Shown: positions 19,039 through 29,828 of the stretch, piece after piece | Layout of the letters: each line of letters starts with the position of its first letter | Position numbering within the stretch: position 1 is the stretch's first letter | NCBI GenBank assembly: GCA_964603945.1 | Contig: CAZRWP010000005.1 | Span: 432 to 64,431, forward strand | Source: an uncultured Pseudomonadales bacterium | GTDB taxonomy: Bacteria > Patescibacteriota > Microgenomatia > UBA1400 > UBA1396 | DNA: 64,000 nt | Direction: 5' to 3' | Position numbers and translations under genes: made by a program | The notes under the pieces: generated by a model | Seen by the model: the letters and a program-made list of their open reading frames with translations, nothing else | Told to the model about the DNA's origin: nothing | Databases searched by the model: none

Positions 19039-20472
19039 CTAAAATATCTTAGCTGAATTACTCAATCGGAGTAGCGTCAAGTTCTGCCCCAACACCTCAA
19101 TCGTCTCAAACAGAGGTGGCGTTGCTTTAAGGCCGGTCACAGCTAGCCTAAGCATCATAAAATACTGTGATTTTGGCCAGTCGTATTTCGACTGGAGATC
19201 TCTAATTGCGGTTTCGATTCCAGCCACATTCCAATCTTCAATACTTTTTATGGCCTCAATGGTCAAGTTCAATTGCTGAGCCACTAATTCTGGCGTGGCT
19301 TTTTTAAGCAACATTGTCTGATCCACTTCAATTGACTGATAAAAGAAATTTGATAATTCTGGCCAATCGGCTAGAGTAACTAGTCGTTCCTTAACTAAAG
19401 GCAATATCTTGGTGATTTTGTCTTCTGGAAAATCAGCCGGAATGAAGGGTCTCAAACGCTCGATTAATTCATTATCACCAAATTCTTCACGGATATATTT
19501 ACCATTCATCCAATTTAGCTTTTCAATGTCAAATACTGGACCGGTTTTCTGCATTCTTTCAAAACTAAATACCTCAATAAACTCAGCCAAAGATATAATT
19601 TCTTTATTATCCGGGTGCGACCAACCAAGCAACATTAAAAAGTTGAGTAATGCTTCTGGCAAATATCCTTTTTTCTGATAGGAAACAATTGAGACATCGT
19701 TTTTTCGTTTAGATAGCTTTGATTTATCAGGATTACGCAATAATGGCATATGCGCGAATTCCGGCAAATCCCAGCCAAACATTTTATAAAGCAAAATATG
19801 CTTAGGCGTCGAACTAATCCATTCTTCACCGCGAATGACGTGTGAGATCTTCATTAAATGATCATCGACTACAACGGCTAAATGATAGGTCGGATACCCA
19901 TCTGATTTGATTATTACCTGATCGTCAATTTGCTGATGATTAATCTTAACCTCACCTCTAATCAGATCATTCCAGGCTGTTTCGCCATCTGGAACACGCA
20001 TTCTGACCACATAAGGTTCACCAGCTTTCACGCGCTTAAGGGCCTGATCCAGCGGATAGTCTCGGTAACGACCATCATACTTTGGTGGCTGACCAGCCGC
20101 TTGCTGTTTTTCTCGCATTTCTCGTAATTCATCTGGAGTGGCAAAGCAATAATAGGCCTGACCATTGTCGATTAACTGTTGGGCATATTTTTGGTATATT
20201 TCTAGTCTTTCTGACTGGCGATAGGGCCCGTAAGGACCACCTTTTATCACGTCTTCATCTGGCTCAATACCAGCCCATTGAATCGTATCTAAGACTAATT
20301 GTTCAGCGCCCTCAACAAATCTAGATCGATCAGTGTCTTCGCTACGGACAATAAACTGGCCGCCATTTTGCTTGGCAAAGGCATAATTAAAAAGTGAAAT
20401 GTACAACGTGCCGACATGGGCAATACCGGTGGGTGAGGGTGCGACGCGGGTGCGGACATTATCAAAACTCAT
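19039..20472 (-). CDS. gltX: glutamate--tRNA ligase
   Basis: RTRVAPSPTG..HVGT, RSEDTD, PYRQSER, PTYHLAVVVDD, RGEEW and KLSKR. Start placed 6 nt after TACAAT. Confidence 0.97.
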   Translation of the reverse strand: MSFDNVRTRVAPSPTGIAHVGTLYISLFNYAFAKQNGGQFIVRSEDTDRSRFVEGAEQLVLDTIQWAGIEPDEDVIKGGPYGPYRQSERLEIYQKYAQQLIDNGQAYYCFATPDELREMREKQQAAGQPPKYDGRYRDYPLDQALKRVKAGEPYVVRMRVPDGETAWNDLIRGEVKINHQQIDDQVIIKSDGYPTYHLAVVVDDHLMKISHVIRGEEWISSTPKHILLYKMFGWDLPEFAHMPLLRNPDKSKLSKRKNDVSIVSYQKKGYLPEALLNFLMLLGWSHPDNKEIISLAEFIEVFSFERMQKTGPVFDIEKLNWMNGKYIREEFGDNELIERLRPFIPADFPEDKITKILPLVKERLVTLADWPELSNFFYQSIEVDQTMLLKKATPELVAQQLNLTIEAIKSIEDWNVAGIETAIRDLQSKYDWPKSQYFMMLRLAVTGLKATPPLFETIEVLGQNLTLLRLSNSAKIF

Positions 20473-20554
20473 AGGGGAATTGTAGCGCAACTTGCCTGGA
20501 AGATCATCTCCAACTCTAATAATTAACGAAATTAAAAATAATAATCAGAAGAAA

Positions 20555-21634
20555 TTAGCGAGCGTTAAAAACTTCATACACTTGAGGGTCAAGCGCTGGC
20601 ACTAAGGCCTGAAATCCGTGATCTCCCTCAAAAACATAAACTGGTTGAAAGTACGAGTTGGCAGCCGGGGGCTCATAGTAGGCTAAGTACACATTTCGGA
20701 CGGCGACTGTCTCACTGCCTTTGCGTGTGACATAACCTTGGCCAGATAAAAGCTGTTCCCAGGCTTGTCGGGTGGGTTGTAAGGGATAAGTTTGGGGAGT
20801 TTCCCAGAGAACCGGGAAATATAAAGACTTAAACAGCAAGATTCTTTCACCAGGACTGCGGCTACCGGAAAATACGACACGGATAACGCCGTGATCTGGA
20901 ATATGGGTAACGGTGGGGAGGCCGTTTGGAATATTTCGATAGAGATCAGCTTGGACAAAATCGGCTTCGCTAATACTATTAGCTTCCTTGGTTTCGCCCG
21001 CTAAAGCTCGTAAATATTTGACTTTGGGACTGGCAGTAGCCACGTCAGGATTACTCAGATTAATACTGCGAAGTAATGTTCGCAGTTCGCTGGCCGCCTG
21101 ACGCTCGTCCGGTATAAATTTTTTGTCCAGAAGCGGAACTGATGAAGCCCAATCTGTTTCTAAATCAAACAAATTATCGACAATATTGATTTCTAAAGTT
21201 GCTGGCAGAGGATTTTGCTGTCGCCAACGATAAACTGTGCTGGATATTTTTTCCGGTTCAAATAGAAAACCCAACTGAGAAGCTTTAGTTTTAGCGCGAT
21301 CTAAAGCTAACAAGTCTAGCTCATTACCTGGAACTAAATAAACCGGCATTTGGGTGCCAAAATCTGGTAAGCGCTGACCAATAGTTTCAAGTTTAATTTC
21401 TTCTGGCCGGTCTTCCGGAAGTTGCGCCGGGAAAGAAGGAGTGGGTAGCTTACCAAAGCCCATAGTTGGGGGAGGTGGCCCAGGTGGATTTAGTGCTTTA
21501 TAGATACTAATAGTCGTGGTTAGGGTAAAACGCGCCACAATTAAAAAGACAATACCAATCAAGCCATATTTGACGGCACTTCGGCCGTAATGAGCCCAAG
21601 TTGATAAATTGCTTTTGTTTTGTGCTTTGGCCAT
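20555..21634 (-). CDS. hypothetical membrane-anchored extracytoplasmic protein
   Basis: N-terminal TM helix, PPGPPPPTMGFGKLP linker and C-terminal YLAYY...YFQPVYVFEG. Confidence 0.75.
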   Translation of the reverse strand: MAKAQNKSNLSTWAHYGRSAVKYGLIGIVFLIVARFTLTTTISIYKALNPPGPPPPTMGFGKLPTPSFPAQLPEDRPEEIKLETIGQRLPDFGTQMPVYLVPGNELDLLALDRAKTKASQLGFLFEPEKISSTVYRWRQQNPLPATLEINIVDNLFDLETDWASSVPLLDKKFIPDERQAASELRTLLRSINLSNPDVATASPKVKYLRALAGETKEANSISEADFVQADLYRNIPNGLPTVTHIPDHGVIRVVFSGSRSPGERILLFKSLYFPVLWETPQTYPLQPTRQAWEQLLSGQGYVTRKGSETVAVRNVYLAYYEPPAANSYFQPVYVFEGDHGFQALVPALDPQVYEVFNAR

Positions 21635-21656
21635 ATCTCTGCTGTTACTATCTTAC

Positions 21657-22721
21657 CTAAAATTCCTGAATCCGTAAGGACTTCTGCAACCAGGGAATTA
21701 AATTTAAGGCATCACCGTAGCGATCCTGGCTCCCTAAGATAACGACAATTAGGTCCAAATCCTTGAGCTGTGTAAGCTCTGCTGATTGATTGTCCTCATA
21801 CAAGTTTGTTTTACTGGAAGTGGTACTCGGCGAACCTGGTTGAGTGGGCAATATTTCTGAGTCTTGCTCTGTTGAGCTTATCGATACAGGCCAAGTTGAG
21901 CGATAACGGAAAATCAAATTCTGCCCAGCCAGATCGGTTGTACCGGTTTTAATGCCTAAATACTCCGGGCCACGTTGCAATAAGCTATTAGTAGTGTAAA
22001 TGGTGTCTAGACGGCCGGTATTTAACTCTTTAACCATAGCTAATTCTTGGGAAACTGTGGTAGCCAAAAAGGGGTTATCTAGAAAATGATCGGCCAATCG
22101 ACCCAAATCCTCAGCAGTTGAAAACTGAGCCGTATCATCCAAACCAGTAACATTGGCAAATTGCGTGTTTTCCAAGCCTAGCTGTTTAGCTTTGTGATTC
22201 ATTTGGTCAATAAAGGGTGTAGGTGAACTAACTGATTTAGCCAACGCCTCGCCAGCATCATTAGCCGAAAAGACCAGCATGGCAGTCAGTAAATCCCTAA
22301 CGGTGAACTCATCTTGAGGCAAGAATTTCGCCCTATTTCCAGGGACAGCGGCGGCTGAGCCAATCTTGACAATCTCATCTAAATCGGTGTTTTCATAAAC
22401 AACTAAGGCTGTCATGAGCTTAACTAGCGAAGCTGGCGCCGTGGCGGTATTAGCATGATCAGCAAACAACACCTCCTGACTATTTCTGTCATAAATCCAG
22501 ACCGACTTGGCCGAATAAAAAGGTTGATCAGCTGATTCTTCCAATTGGTATTGGGCTATTTTAGGTGGCTCAATGGTGTTTGTTATATCTGATGGCAATT
22601 TTGTTGATGAAGCCAAAGTTTGCCAAAACTGAAGTAGGGCGCCAACAAATCCAACCGCGATCACCACCAACCACAAGGCGATCAGAATACGATACTGAAT
22701 TAAACGGTTAATAAAAGCCAT
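21657..22721 (-). CDS. D-alanyl-D-alanine carboxypeptidase (peptidase S11)
   Basis: SxxK (ASLVK), SxN (SAN) and KTG motifs; N-terminal TM; S/T/P-rich insertion near the C-terminus. Confidence 0.92.
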   Translation of the reverse strand: MAFINRLIQYRILIALWLVVIAVGFVGALLQFWQTLASSTKLPSDITNTIEPPKIAQYQLEESADQPFYSAKSVWIYDRNSQEVLFADHANTATAPASLVKLMTALVVYENTDLDEIVKIGSAAAVPGNRAKFLPQDEFTVRDLLTAMLVFSANDAGEALAKSVSSPTPFIDQMNHKAKQLGLENTQFANVTGLDDTAQFSTAEDLGRLADHFLDNPFLATTVSQELAMVKELNTGRLDTIYTTNSLLQRGPEYLGIKTGTTDLAGQNLIFRYRSTWPVSISSTEQDSEILPTQPGSPSTTSSKTNLYEDNQSAELTQLKDLDLIVVILGSQDRYGDALNLIPWLQKSLRIQEF

Positions 22722-22743
22722 GGAATCTATTGTGACACAGCAA

Positions 22744-24363
22744 TTAGGTCGCCGCTACTATTTCTATATCTACACTTCCGCGCCGGTACGTTGAGGTTTT
22801 CAGGCGTATGGCTAGTTGTGTTGGTGCTAAGTTGTTAGGCAATTTGTTTTTAAATTGAAAACAAATTGCCGACGCCGACAATCCATCAGCTAGGTTGCGA
22901 AGTTGAATCTTTAAATGAGCGCCATTTTTGCCAACCGGTCGCTGATCAACAATCTCGATATCTTTTAGTAAGAATAATGGTTCTTCGTTACCCGCTCCAT
23001 ATGGCGTGAATTGATTAATTGTGTCCATTGTTTCCAGATTTAATAAAGGCCACGCCAACTGTCCGAGCACTTTTAGTTGAGGTTTTAGCAAATCGGCCGA
23101 AATGGATTTTTGAGACAAACTTCTAAGTTGATTATGAAACTCAGCTAATTTTTCCGGTTCAATGGAGAATCCGGCCGCCATGGCATGTCCGCCTAAAGAA
23201 GTAAATAAATCACTGTCAAGCGAGCGAAGCAGTTCGGTAAGATGAACACCTGGAATACTACGGCAAGATGCTTTATATGCTCCATTTCGATTGGATATTA
23301 CCAGGCTTGGTTTGTGGTATTTATCAACTAATTTACTAGCAATTAAACCAATTACGCCCTCGTGGTAATCACCAACCGCCAACACATAGTTATCTTCCGG
23401 AGTACTAAGCAGTGAGTCCTTTACCTTAGAAATGGCGGCTTCCGTGATATCTTGACGTTCCCCATTAACCGTATTGAGCTTACTCATTAACTCTCGGGTA
23501 TTTTTGGGATTACGAGTCACTAGGGCGCGCAAGGCATCCATGGCACTGTAGAGGCGGCCCATGGCATTAATTCGGGGCGCCAGCGAGTAATTGATAGTAT
23601 TGACAGTGGCTTGTGATAAATCGGTACCGGCCAACTCCGCTAAAGTCAGTAGACTTGGCCTGGTAGTTTGCTGCAAGGCTAATAATCCAGCCGTGGCTAG
23701 ACTTCGGTTAGCGCCAATTAGTGGAACCTGATCGGCAATGGTACCTAAAACTGTTAAATCTAATAGTTCGCCAGCTTGCTGTCGATTATTCAGTAATTCT
23801 CGACCTAATAACCAGGCAACACCAACTCCGGTAACTTGCGTGGTATGGATCAAGGCATCTGCTTTAGGCAAATCGCCGTGTGGCTCATGATGATCCGTGA
23901 TAATTACTTTGACGCCTTGCTCTTTAAGCCAGGCAACTTCCTTATTCGCGACGATGCCATTATCTACCGTAATCACCAAATCAGGCTTTTGGATAGCCAA
24001 TATTTCATCCAGAGCAGTCTGAGTGAGTCCATAGCCATGTTTTTCTCGATGTGGCAGAAATGGTTGTGCCGAAACGCCTTTGATTTTTAAGGCCTCCCAT
24101 AAAACCGCGGTGGCAGTGACACCATCACAATCATAATCACCAAAAATTAAAATCTTTTGTTGGTCTTTAATTGCTTTTTCAATTAGAGTAACCGCTTTAT
24201 CCAATTCTGCTGAAGAAACACCAAAATCCTCAATTGCTAATTCTAGTGGTGAGACCGGATTTAAAAAACCAGACTGCTGATTGGCAGGAATTCTGTCAAG
24301 CAATAATTGTTTCAGCTGATCCTGGCTAGAAATAATTTCATCAGAGGAAGTGATAATTTGCAC
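22744..24363 (-). CDS. recJ: single-stranded-DNA-specific exonuclease RecJ
   Basis: GDYDCDG, HGYGL, TVDNG, TDHH, GTIADQVPL, APRINAMGR and GGHAMAAG. Confidence 0.96.
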   Translation of the reverse strand: MQIITSSDEIISSQDQLKQLLLDRIPANQQSGFLNPVSPLELAIEDFGVSSAELDKAVTLIEKAIKDQQKILIFGDYDCDGVTATAVLWEALKIKGVSAQPFLPHREKHGYGLTQTALDEILAIQKPDLVITVDNGIVANKEVAWLKEQGVKVIITDHHEPHGDLPKADALIHTTQVTGVGVAWLLGRELLNNRQQAGELLDLTVLGTIADQVPLIGANRSLATAGLLALQQTTRPSLLTLAELAGTDLSQATVNTINYSLAPRINAMGRLYSAMDALRALVTRNPKNTRELMSKLNTVNGERQDITEAAISKVKDSLLSTPEDNYVLAVGDYHEGVIGLIASKLVDKYHKPSLVISNRNGAYKASCRSIPGVHLTELLRSLDSDLFTSLGGHAMAAGFSIEPEKLAEFHNQLRSLSQKSISADLLKPQLKVLGQLAWPLLNLETMDTINQFTPYGAGNEEPLFLLKDIEIVDQRPVGKNGAHLKIQLRNLADGLSASAICFQFKNKLPNNLAPTQLAIRLKTSTYRRGSVDIEIVAAT

Positions 24364-24401
24364 TCTCTTACCCTACCATTGTCATGTTACGATTACCAGG
24401 T

Positions 24402-25871
24402 ATGAGACTCTCGCTACCCAAGGAGATAATAGCCATTACAGCGGCTATGAATCAGGCAGGATATGACCTCTATTTAGTAGGCGGTTCTGTACGTGATCTG
24501 GTGTTGAATCGTCCGGTTCATGACTGGGATTTCACCACTTCCGCTTTGCCTGATCAAATTAAAGCCGTCTTTCCAGAAGCCTTTTATGAAAACATTTTCG
24601 GTACAGTAAGTGTTGTTGGTGAGCATCTATATGAACAATTACAGTTAGATGCAGAGGCTTATTTGCTGGAAGACAAATCTCAGGTTTATGAAATCACTAC
24701 CTTTAGAAGTGAAGGTACTTATTCTGATCACCGTCGGCCAGATGAAGTTACCTGGGGAAAATCTATTCAAGATGATTTACAGCGCCGTGACTTCACTATC
24801 AATGCCATGGCAATTAAATTAACCACAAGCCAGGATCAGCAATCAGCAGTTTTTAAGGATTTTGCAGGCATGCCAGATAGAATTGATCTATCAGCGGAAT
24901 TGTTTGATCCTTATCGGGGGAAACTTGATTTAGATCAAAGAGTAATTAAGGCAGTTGGCCAGCCAAATGAGCGATTTGAAGAAGACGCCTTACGTATGCT
25001 TAGAGCTATTCGCTTGGCCGCTCAATTAAAATTTGGAATTGATCCTGAAACCCTAATTGCTATTCAAACTAAAGCAGACCAAATTCAGCATGTCAGCTGG
25101 GAGCGTATTCGTGATGAATTCTTAAAAATCTTAGTCACTGATCAAGTTGAAGATGCCTTGACAATCATGGCTACCACTGGACTTTTAAATCACATCTTGC
25201 CGGAAATTATTCCCGCCAAAGGTGTCGAACAGCGCGGCCATCATGAATATGATGTTTGGGAACATCTTTTTAAGGCTGTCCAACTTTGTCCGTCTAAAGA
25301 TCCAGTTGTCCGCTTAGCAACTTTGCTTCATGACATTGCCAAACCCCAAACTCAAGCTCCATTGCCTGATAAACCTGGTGAATATTCATTCCATAATCAT
25401 GAGGTCGTTGGTGCCAGAGTCGCTAGAGATGTGGCACGGCGTTTACGCATGTCTAAAGATGATGTTCAGCGAGTATTTACCTTGGTACGATGGCACATGT
25501 TCTATTATCAGCCCACCATGACCGATGCGGCCATCCGCCGCTTTATGCGCCGAGTTGGTCCAGAAAATATGGAAGATATTATGGCTTTGCGTGAAGCAGA
25601 TCGCCTTGGCAGTGGCAGTAAACGAACCAGTTGGCGCCTAGAAGAAATGAAACAGCGCATTCATGACCAAATGCAGGAGCCATTGAAGGTTAGTGATTTA
25701 GCCATTAACGGCCACGATGTTATGTCCTCTTTAAATATTCCGGCTGGGCCGCGCGTTGGTCAAATTCTAAATGAATTATTTGAAGAGGTTTTAGATGATC
25801 CAGATAAAAACAACCGTGATTACCTATTAAATCGCTTAAAAGATCTTCCGCTGATCTCTCAGTCTGAATGA
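24402..25871 (+). CDS. cca: CCA tRNA nucleotidyltransferase with HD domain
   Basis: LVGGSVRD, DWDFTT, EITTFR, DLQRRDFTINA, RFEEDALRMLRA, ERIRDE and LLHDIAKP. Consistent with the tRNA genes here lacking encoded CCA. Confidence 0.9.
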   Translation: MRLSLPKEIIAITAAMNQAGYDLYLVGGSVRDLVLNRPVHDWDFTTSALPDQIKAVFPEAFYENIFGTVSVVGEHLYEQLQLDAEAYLLEDKSQVYEITTFRSEGTYSDHRRPDEVTWGKSIQDDLQRRDFTINAMAIKLTTSQDQQSAVFKDFAGMPDRIDLSAELFDPYRGKLDLDQRVIKAVGQPNERFEEDALRMLRAIRLAAQLKFGIDPETLIAIQTKADQIQHVSWERIRDEFLKILVTDQVEDALTIMATTGLLNHILPEIIPAKGVEQRGHHEYDVWEHLFKAVQLCPSKDPVVRLATLLHDIAKPQTQAPLPDKPGEYSFHNHEVVGARVARDVARRLRMSKDDVQRVFTLVRWHMFYYQPTMTDAAIRRFMRRVGPENMEDIMALREADRLGSGSKRTSWRLEEMKQRIHDQMQEPLKVSDLAINGHDVMSSLNIPAGPRVGQILNELFEEVLDDPDKNNRDYLLNRLKDLPLISQSE

Positions 25872-25886
25872 TTTATACTAACTGAC

Positions 25887-28571
25887 ATGCTTAAGAATCT
25901 CTTCCAGCTCTTTGATGATCAAGCACGGACTTTGTCGCGTTATCAAAAAACGGTTAATGCCATTAATGAGCTTGAGCCGGAAATTAAAAAATTATCAGAC
26001 AAGAAACTTAAAGCCAAGACAGCCGAGTTCAAGAAACGTATAGAAGAGGGTGAAACTCTCCAGCAGATAGTACCGGAAGCGTACGCCGTGGTCCGCGAGG
26101 CCGCTCGCCGCACTCTTGGCATGCGTCACTTTGATGTCCAACTTTTAGCTGGTTTAGCCTTTTATGAAGGCAAAGTGGCCGAGCAAAAAACCGGTGAAGG
26201 TAAAACTTTATCGGCTACCTTACCTTTATACCTGTATTCTCTGACTGGCCGCGGTGCTCATTTAATTACGGTTAATGATTATCTGTCCCAGATTGGCGCG
26301 GGTTGGATGGGTCCGATGTACGCCGCCCTTGGCGTTTCGGTCGGTGTGATTATTCATGATCAGGCTTATCTTTATGACGCCGAGTTTACCGGCGAAGAGC
26401 GTGGCGATGAGCGCCTGGAGCATTTCCGGCCGGTACCCCGTCAGGAAGCATACGCCGCTGACGTTACCTATGGCACCAATAATGAGTTTGGCTTTGATTA
26501 TCTGCGTGACAACATGGCGCAGCGTTTAGGCGATCAAGTTCAGCGAGACAAGCATTTTGCCATTGTTGATGAAGCTGACTCAATCATGATTGATGAAGCC
26601 CGTACACCTTTGATTATTTCTGCACCTGACGCCGAACCAACTGACAAATATCTTGAAGTTGCTAAATTAGTCCGTACCTTAACTAAAGGCACTGATTATC
26701 AAGTCGATGAAAAAATGAAGACAGCTACCTTGACTGATTTGGGTGTTAAGCGCATTGAGCGGAGTCTGGGCGTCACCAACTTGTACGAGGAAAGTTTTGA
26801 TACGATTCATCATCTTGAGCAAGCCTTAAAAGCGGCCAAAGTTTTCCAACGGGATAAAGATTATGTTGTCCGCGATGGCGAAATTGTGATTGTTGATGAG
26901 CACACTGGACGCTTAATGTTTGGCCGCCGCTATTCAGATGGCTTACATCAGGCAATTGAAGCAAAAGAAGGCGTTAAAGTTCAACAGGAGTCCAGAACTC
27001 TGGCGACAATTTCTCTGCAGAATTACTTCCGTTTATACGAAAAGTTGGCTGGTATGTCTGGAACAGCGGTCACTGAAGCCGAAGAGCTTAACAAGATTTA
27101 TGGTGTAGATGTGGTGGCTATTCCCACCAATCAACAGATTCAAAGGCTAGATCATACCGATCAAGTTTATAAAACTGCCCGCGCTAAATTCAGCGCCATT
27201 TTGCGCGAAGTAGAAGAAGTACATGCTCAGGGTCGACCAATCCTGATTGGTACGCGATCAATTGATCAAAACCAAATTCTGAGTCGTTTGCTAACTAAAA
27301 ACAAGATTCCCCACCAAACTCTTAACGCCAAGAATCACGAACGTGAAGCTTTTATCATTGCTGAGGCCGGTAAGCCAGGCGCAATCACGGTTGCCACCAA
27401 TATTGCTGGTCGTGGTGTGGACATTGTCCTCGGCGGTGCTAAACCAGAGGCCCGTAATTTTAAGACTGACAAAGAATTTGCTAAAGCCGTTAGTGAGTGG
27501 CAATCGGCCCATGATGAGGTAATTAACAGCGGTGGTTTGCACATTGTTGGTACCGAACGCCATGAGTCGCGCCGGATTGATAACCAGTTGCGCGGCCGCG
27601 CCGGGCGCCAGGGCGATCCTGGCTCGTCTCGCTTTTTTGTGTCTCTTGAAGATGAGATCATGCGTATCTTTGGCGGTGACCAGATTTCCAAGCTAATGGA
27701 TACGCTTAACATTGATGAGAACATGCCAATTGAGCATCCCATGATCACCCGCGCCATCACTCAAGCGCAGATTAAAGTCGAAGGTTACTTCTTTGACCAA
27801 CGCCGGAATTTGGTTAATTATGACGATGTTTTAAATCGCCAGCGCACCATCATTTACCAACGGCGCCAGAATATTTTGGAGCAGATGGAGGAAAGCAAAG
27901 ACGATCTGGAGGACTCGCGCTGGCGCGACCGCCTGGCAGAAACATTCCGCAAGCATTTTGAACTTCAACTGGCCGCGCGGTCAGAAGATGGCTTTGATGA
28001 GGCCGAGATTAATAATTTAGCCACCGAACTCGCCACTATTATTCCGTTTGATACCAATTCTTTAGAGCGCATCAAAACTCAACTTAAAAAAGAAAATACA
28101 GTTAGTGGAATTCTGAACACTTTTGAAAGGGTCTTTCAGGACATCTATAATATTCGCGAGAAATCACTTGGCTCGATTGCGTTGCGCGAAATCGAACGCT
28201 ACGTCTTTTTAAGCAGTATTGATGAACAATGGATGGATCATCTGGACAACATGACTAATCTGCGCGATGCCGTCTGGCTTCGTGGCGGCAAAGAGCAAGC
28301 TTTAGCCGAGTATAAAAAGGAAGCTTTTAATTTATTTGACACCATGATTAAGCGCATTGAACTAGAAGCTCTAAAAAAGGTGTTTAGAATTCACTTACAG
28401 CCAGTTCAGCCTCAGCCAATTGCTGAAGACCTAGTAATGTCTGGTCCTGCTAAAACTCAGACCACTGATTCAACCCCAGATTTAACCGCCGATCCATTAT
28501 CTAAACCCAAAAAAAGATCAGCTAAACCCAGGGGTAAAAGAAAAGCCAAGGGATCTTACCTCAAAAAATAA
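25887..28571 (+). CDS. secA: preprotein translocase subunit SecA
   Basis: KTGEGKTL, VNDYL, DEADSIMIDEARTPLIIS, ATNIAGRGVDI and RRIDNQLRGRAGRQGDPG. Basic tail, no Zn-binding CxC motif. Confidence 0.98.
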   Translation: MLKNLFQLFDDQARTLSRYQKTVNAINELEPEIKKLSDKKLKAKTAEFKKRIEEGETLQQIVPEAYAVVREAARRTLGMRHFDVQLLAGLAFYEGKVAEQKTGEGKTLSATLPLYLYSLTGRGAHLITVNDYLSQIGAGWMGPMYAALGVSVGVIIHDQAYLYDAEFTGEERGDERLEHFRPVPRQEAYAADVTYGTNNEFGFDYLRDNMAQRLGDQVQRDKHFAIVDEADSIMIDEARTPLIISAPDAEPTDKYLEVAKLVRTLTKGTDYQVDEKMKTATLTDLGVKRIERSLGVTNLYEESFDTIHHLEQALKAAKVFQRDKDYVVRDGEIVIVDEHTGRLMFGRRYSDGLHQAIEAKEGVKVQQESRTLATISLQNYFRLYEKLAGMSGTAVTEAEELNKIYGVDVVAIPTNQQIQRLDHTDQVYKTARAKFSAILREVEEVHAQGRPILIGTRSIDQNQILSRLLTKNKIPHQTLNAKNHEREAFIIAEAGKPGAITVATNIAGRGVDIVLGGAKPEARNFKTDKEFAKAVSEWQSAHDEVINSGGLHIVGTERHESRRIDNQLRGRAGRQGDPGSSRFFVSLEDEIMRIFGGDQISKLMDTLNIDENMPIEHPMITRAITQAQIKVEGYFFDQRRNLVNYDDVLNRQRTIIYQRRQNILEQMEESKDDLEDSRWRDRLAETFRKHFELQLAARSEDGFDEAEINNLATELATIIPFDTNSLERIKTQLKKENTVSGILNTFERVFQDIYNIREKSLGSIALREIERYVFLSSIDEQWMDHLDNMTNLRDAVWLRGGKEQALAEYKKEAFNLFDTMIKRIELEALKKVFRIHLQPVQPQPIAEDLVMSGPAKTQTTDSTPDLTADPLSKPKKRSAKPRGKRKAKGSYLKK

Positions 28572-28580
28572 TCTTTTTGC

Positions 28581-29792
28581 CTACTGTTCATTTTCTAAAT
28601 TGGCCTCAGGATCCACACCAAATATATAAAGTTCTTCTTCTGCTCTGGTAACGGCAGTGTAGAGCCAACGTCGCCACTCCTCATCATCCATGTGCTTAGA
28701 GCGTTCTTCAACCACAATCACGCGTGGCGCCTGACTGCCCTGAGCTTTATGAACCGTTAGGGCATAACCATAATCAAACAACTGACCAATTTCTCTCTGC
28801 TGGATACGGCTAAACTTTAGTGTGGTGGGATTATTAAACTGCTCAGCCGCCATTAAGCCAGAAAAGATGATATTTTCAAACTCATCTACCACCTCACCGT
28901 AATAAGAAATTATTTTTTCATCATCGCGCTTAGCCACTTCCAGATTCTGCAGTTTACCAGTCATACCGTTAAAAATACCAACTTCCCAGTCATTTTTTAA
29001 ACAAACTACTTGGTCGCCTGACTCCGGCTGATCTGGATTTCGCCACTGAGCGGCCCTAATTGAAGCGTTTATCTGGACACGTGAGTTATTAAAACCCGTC
29101 AAAAATAGTGTGCTGGCTTGATACGTTTGAAAATAATCGTTCATCATGACCTGAGCCTCACTGCTTTGCGAGTTGAATTTCTCCACGCCATCGCCAAATT
29201 TTTGCACTGGAATAACACCTTTTTCTCGGGCCAGTTGTGCTACTTCTAAAATCGGACTACCTGCCGCCTGACGATGAATAGTTTCCAGACGATAATTAGC
29301 CTCGGCCATTAAATTAAAATTACTGCCAATCGGAGGTAATTGACCATGATCGCCAACTGCCAATACCGGCATACCAGTTAATTGAATATCACGCCAGATG
29401 TCTTCCGTGATCATGGAGGCTTCATCGACTACTAGCAATTGATAAGGAAACTTATCTTTTCTAATCCAGGACTCGATTTGGCCAGATTTACCCATAATTG
29501 GCGCATACAACAAGGAATGTAAGGTGCTAATTCTGTCCTTGGTAAAAACCGCTTTCTCATCATTTAGTTTTGCTTCTAATACCCGGGTAGCTTTTCCAGT
29601 AAAACTAGCAAAAGCGACGCGCCATTCGGGACGTTTTTTCTTTAAAATAAGACGCAAAATAGTCAGTAGTGTACTTTTGCCCGTACCGGCGTAGCCGCCC
29701 AATACAAATGGTTCTTTGGGTTCGGTGCTCAACCAACCAAAAATTTGACGCAAGGCCTCGCGTTGTTCAGATGTGATGTCAATTTCCGGCAT
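28581..29792 (-). CDS. RecD/Dda-like SF1B DNA helicase
   Basis: GYAGTGKST, VDEASM, GDHGQLPPI, IHRQ, YALTVHKAQGSQ and YTAVTRA. Start moved to ATG 29792 because the ORF-track extension overlaps aspS. Confidence 0.9.
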   Translation of the reverse strand: MPEIDITSEQREALRQIFGWLSTEPKEPFVLGGYAGTGKSTLLTILRLILKKKRPEWRVAFASFTGKATRVLEAKLNDEKAVFTKDRISTLHSLLYAPIMGKSGQIESWIRKDKFPYQLLVVDEASMITEDIWRDIQLTGMPVLAVGDHGQLPPIGSNFNLMAEANYRLETIHRQAAGSPILEVAQLAREKGVIPVQKFGDGVEKFNSQSSEAQVMMNDYFQTYQASTLFLTGFNNSRVQINASIRAAQWRNPDQPESGDQVVCLKNDWEVGIFNGMTGKLQNLEVAKRDDEKIISYYGEVVDEFENIIFSGLMAAEQFNNPTTLKFSRIQQREIGQLFDYGYALTVHKAQGSQAPRVIVVEERSKHMDDEEWRRWLYTAVTRAEEELYIFGVDPEANLENEQ

Positions 29793-29828
29793 ATATTGAG
29801 CTATTTGTTGTAGAATAAACCATTGTAT

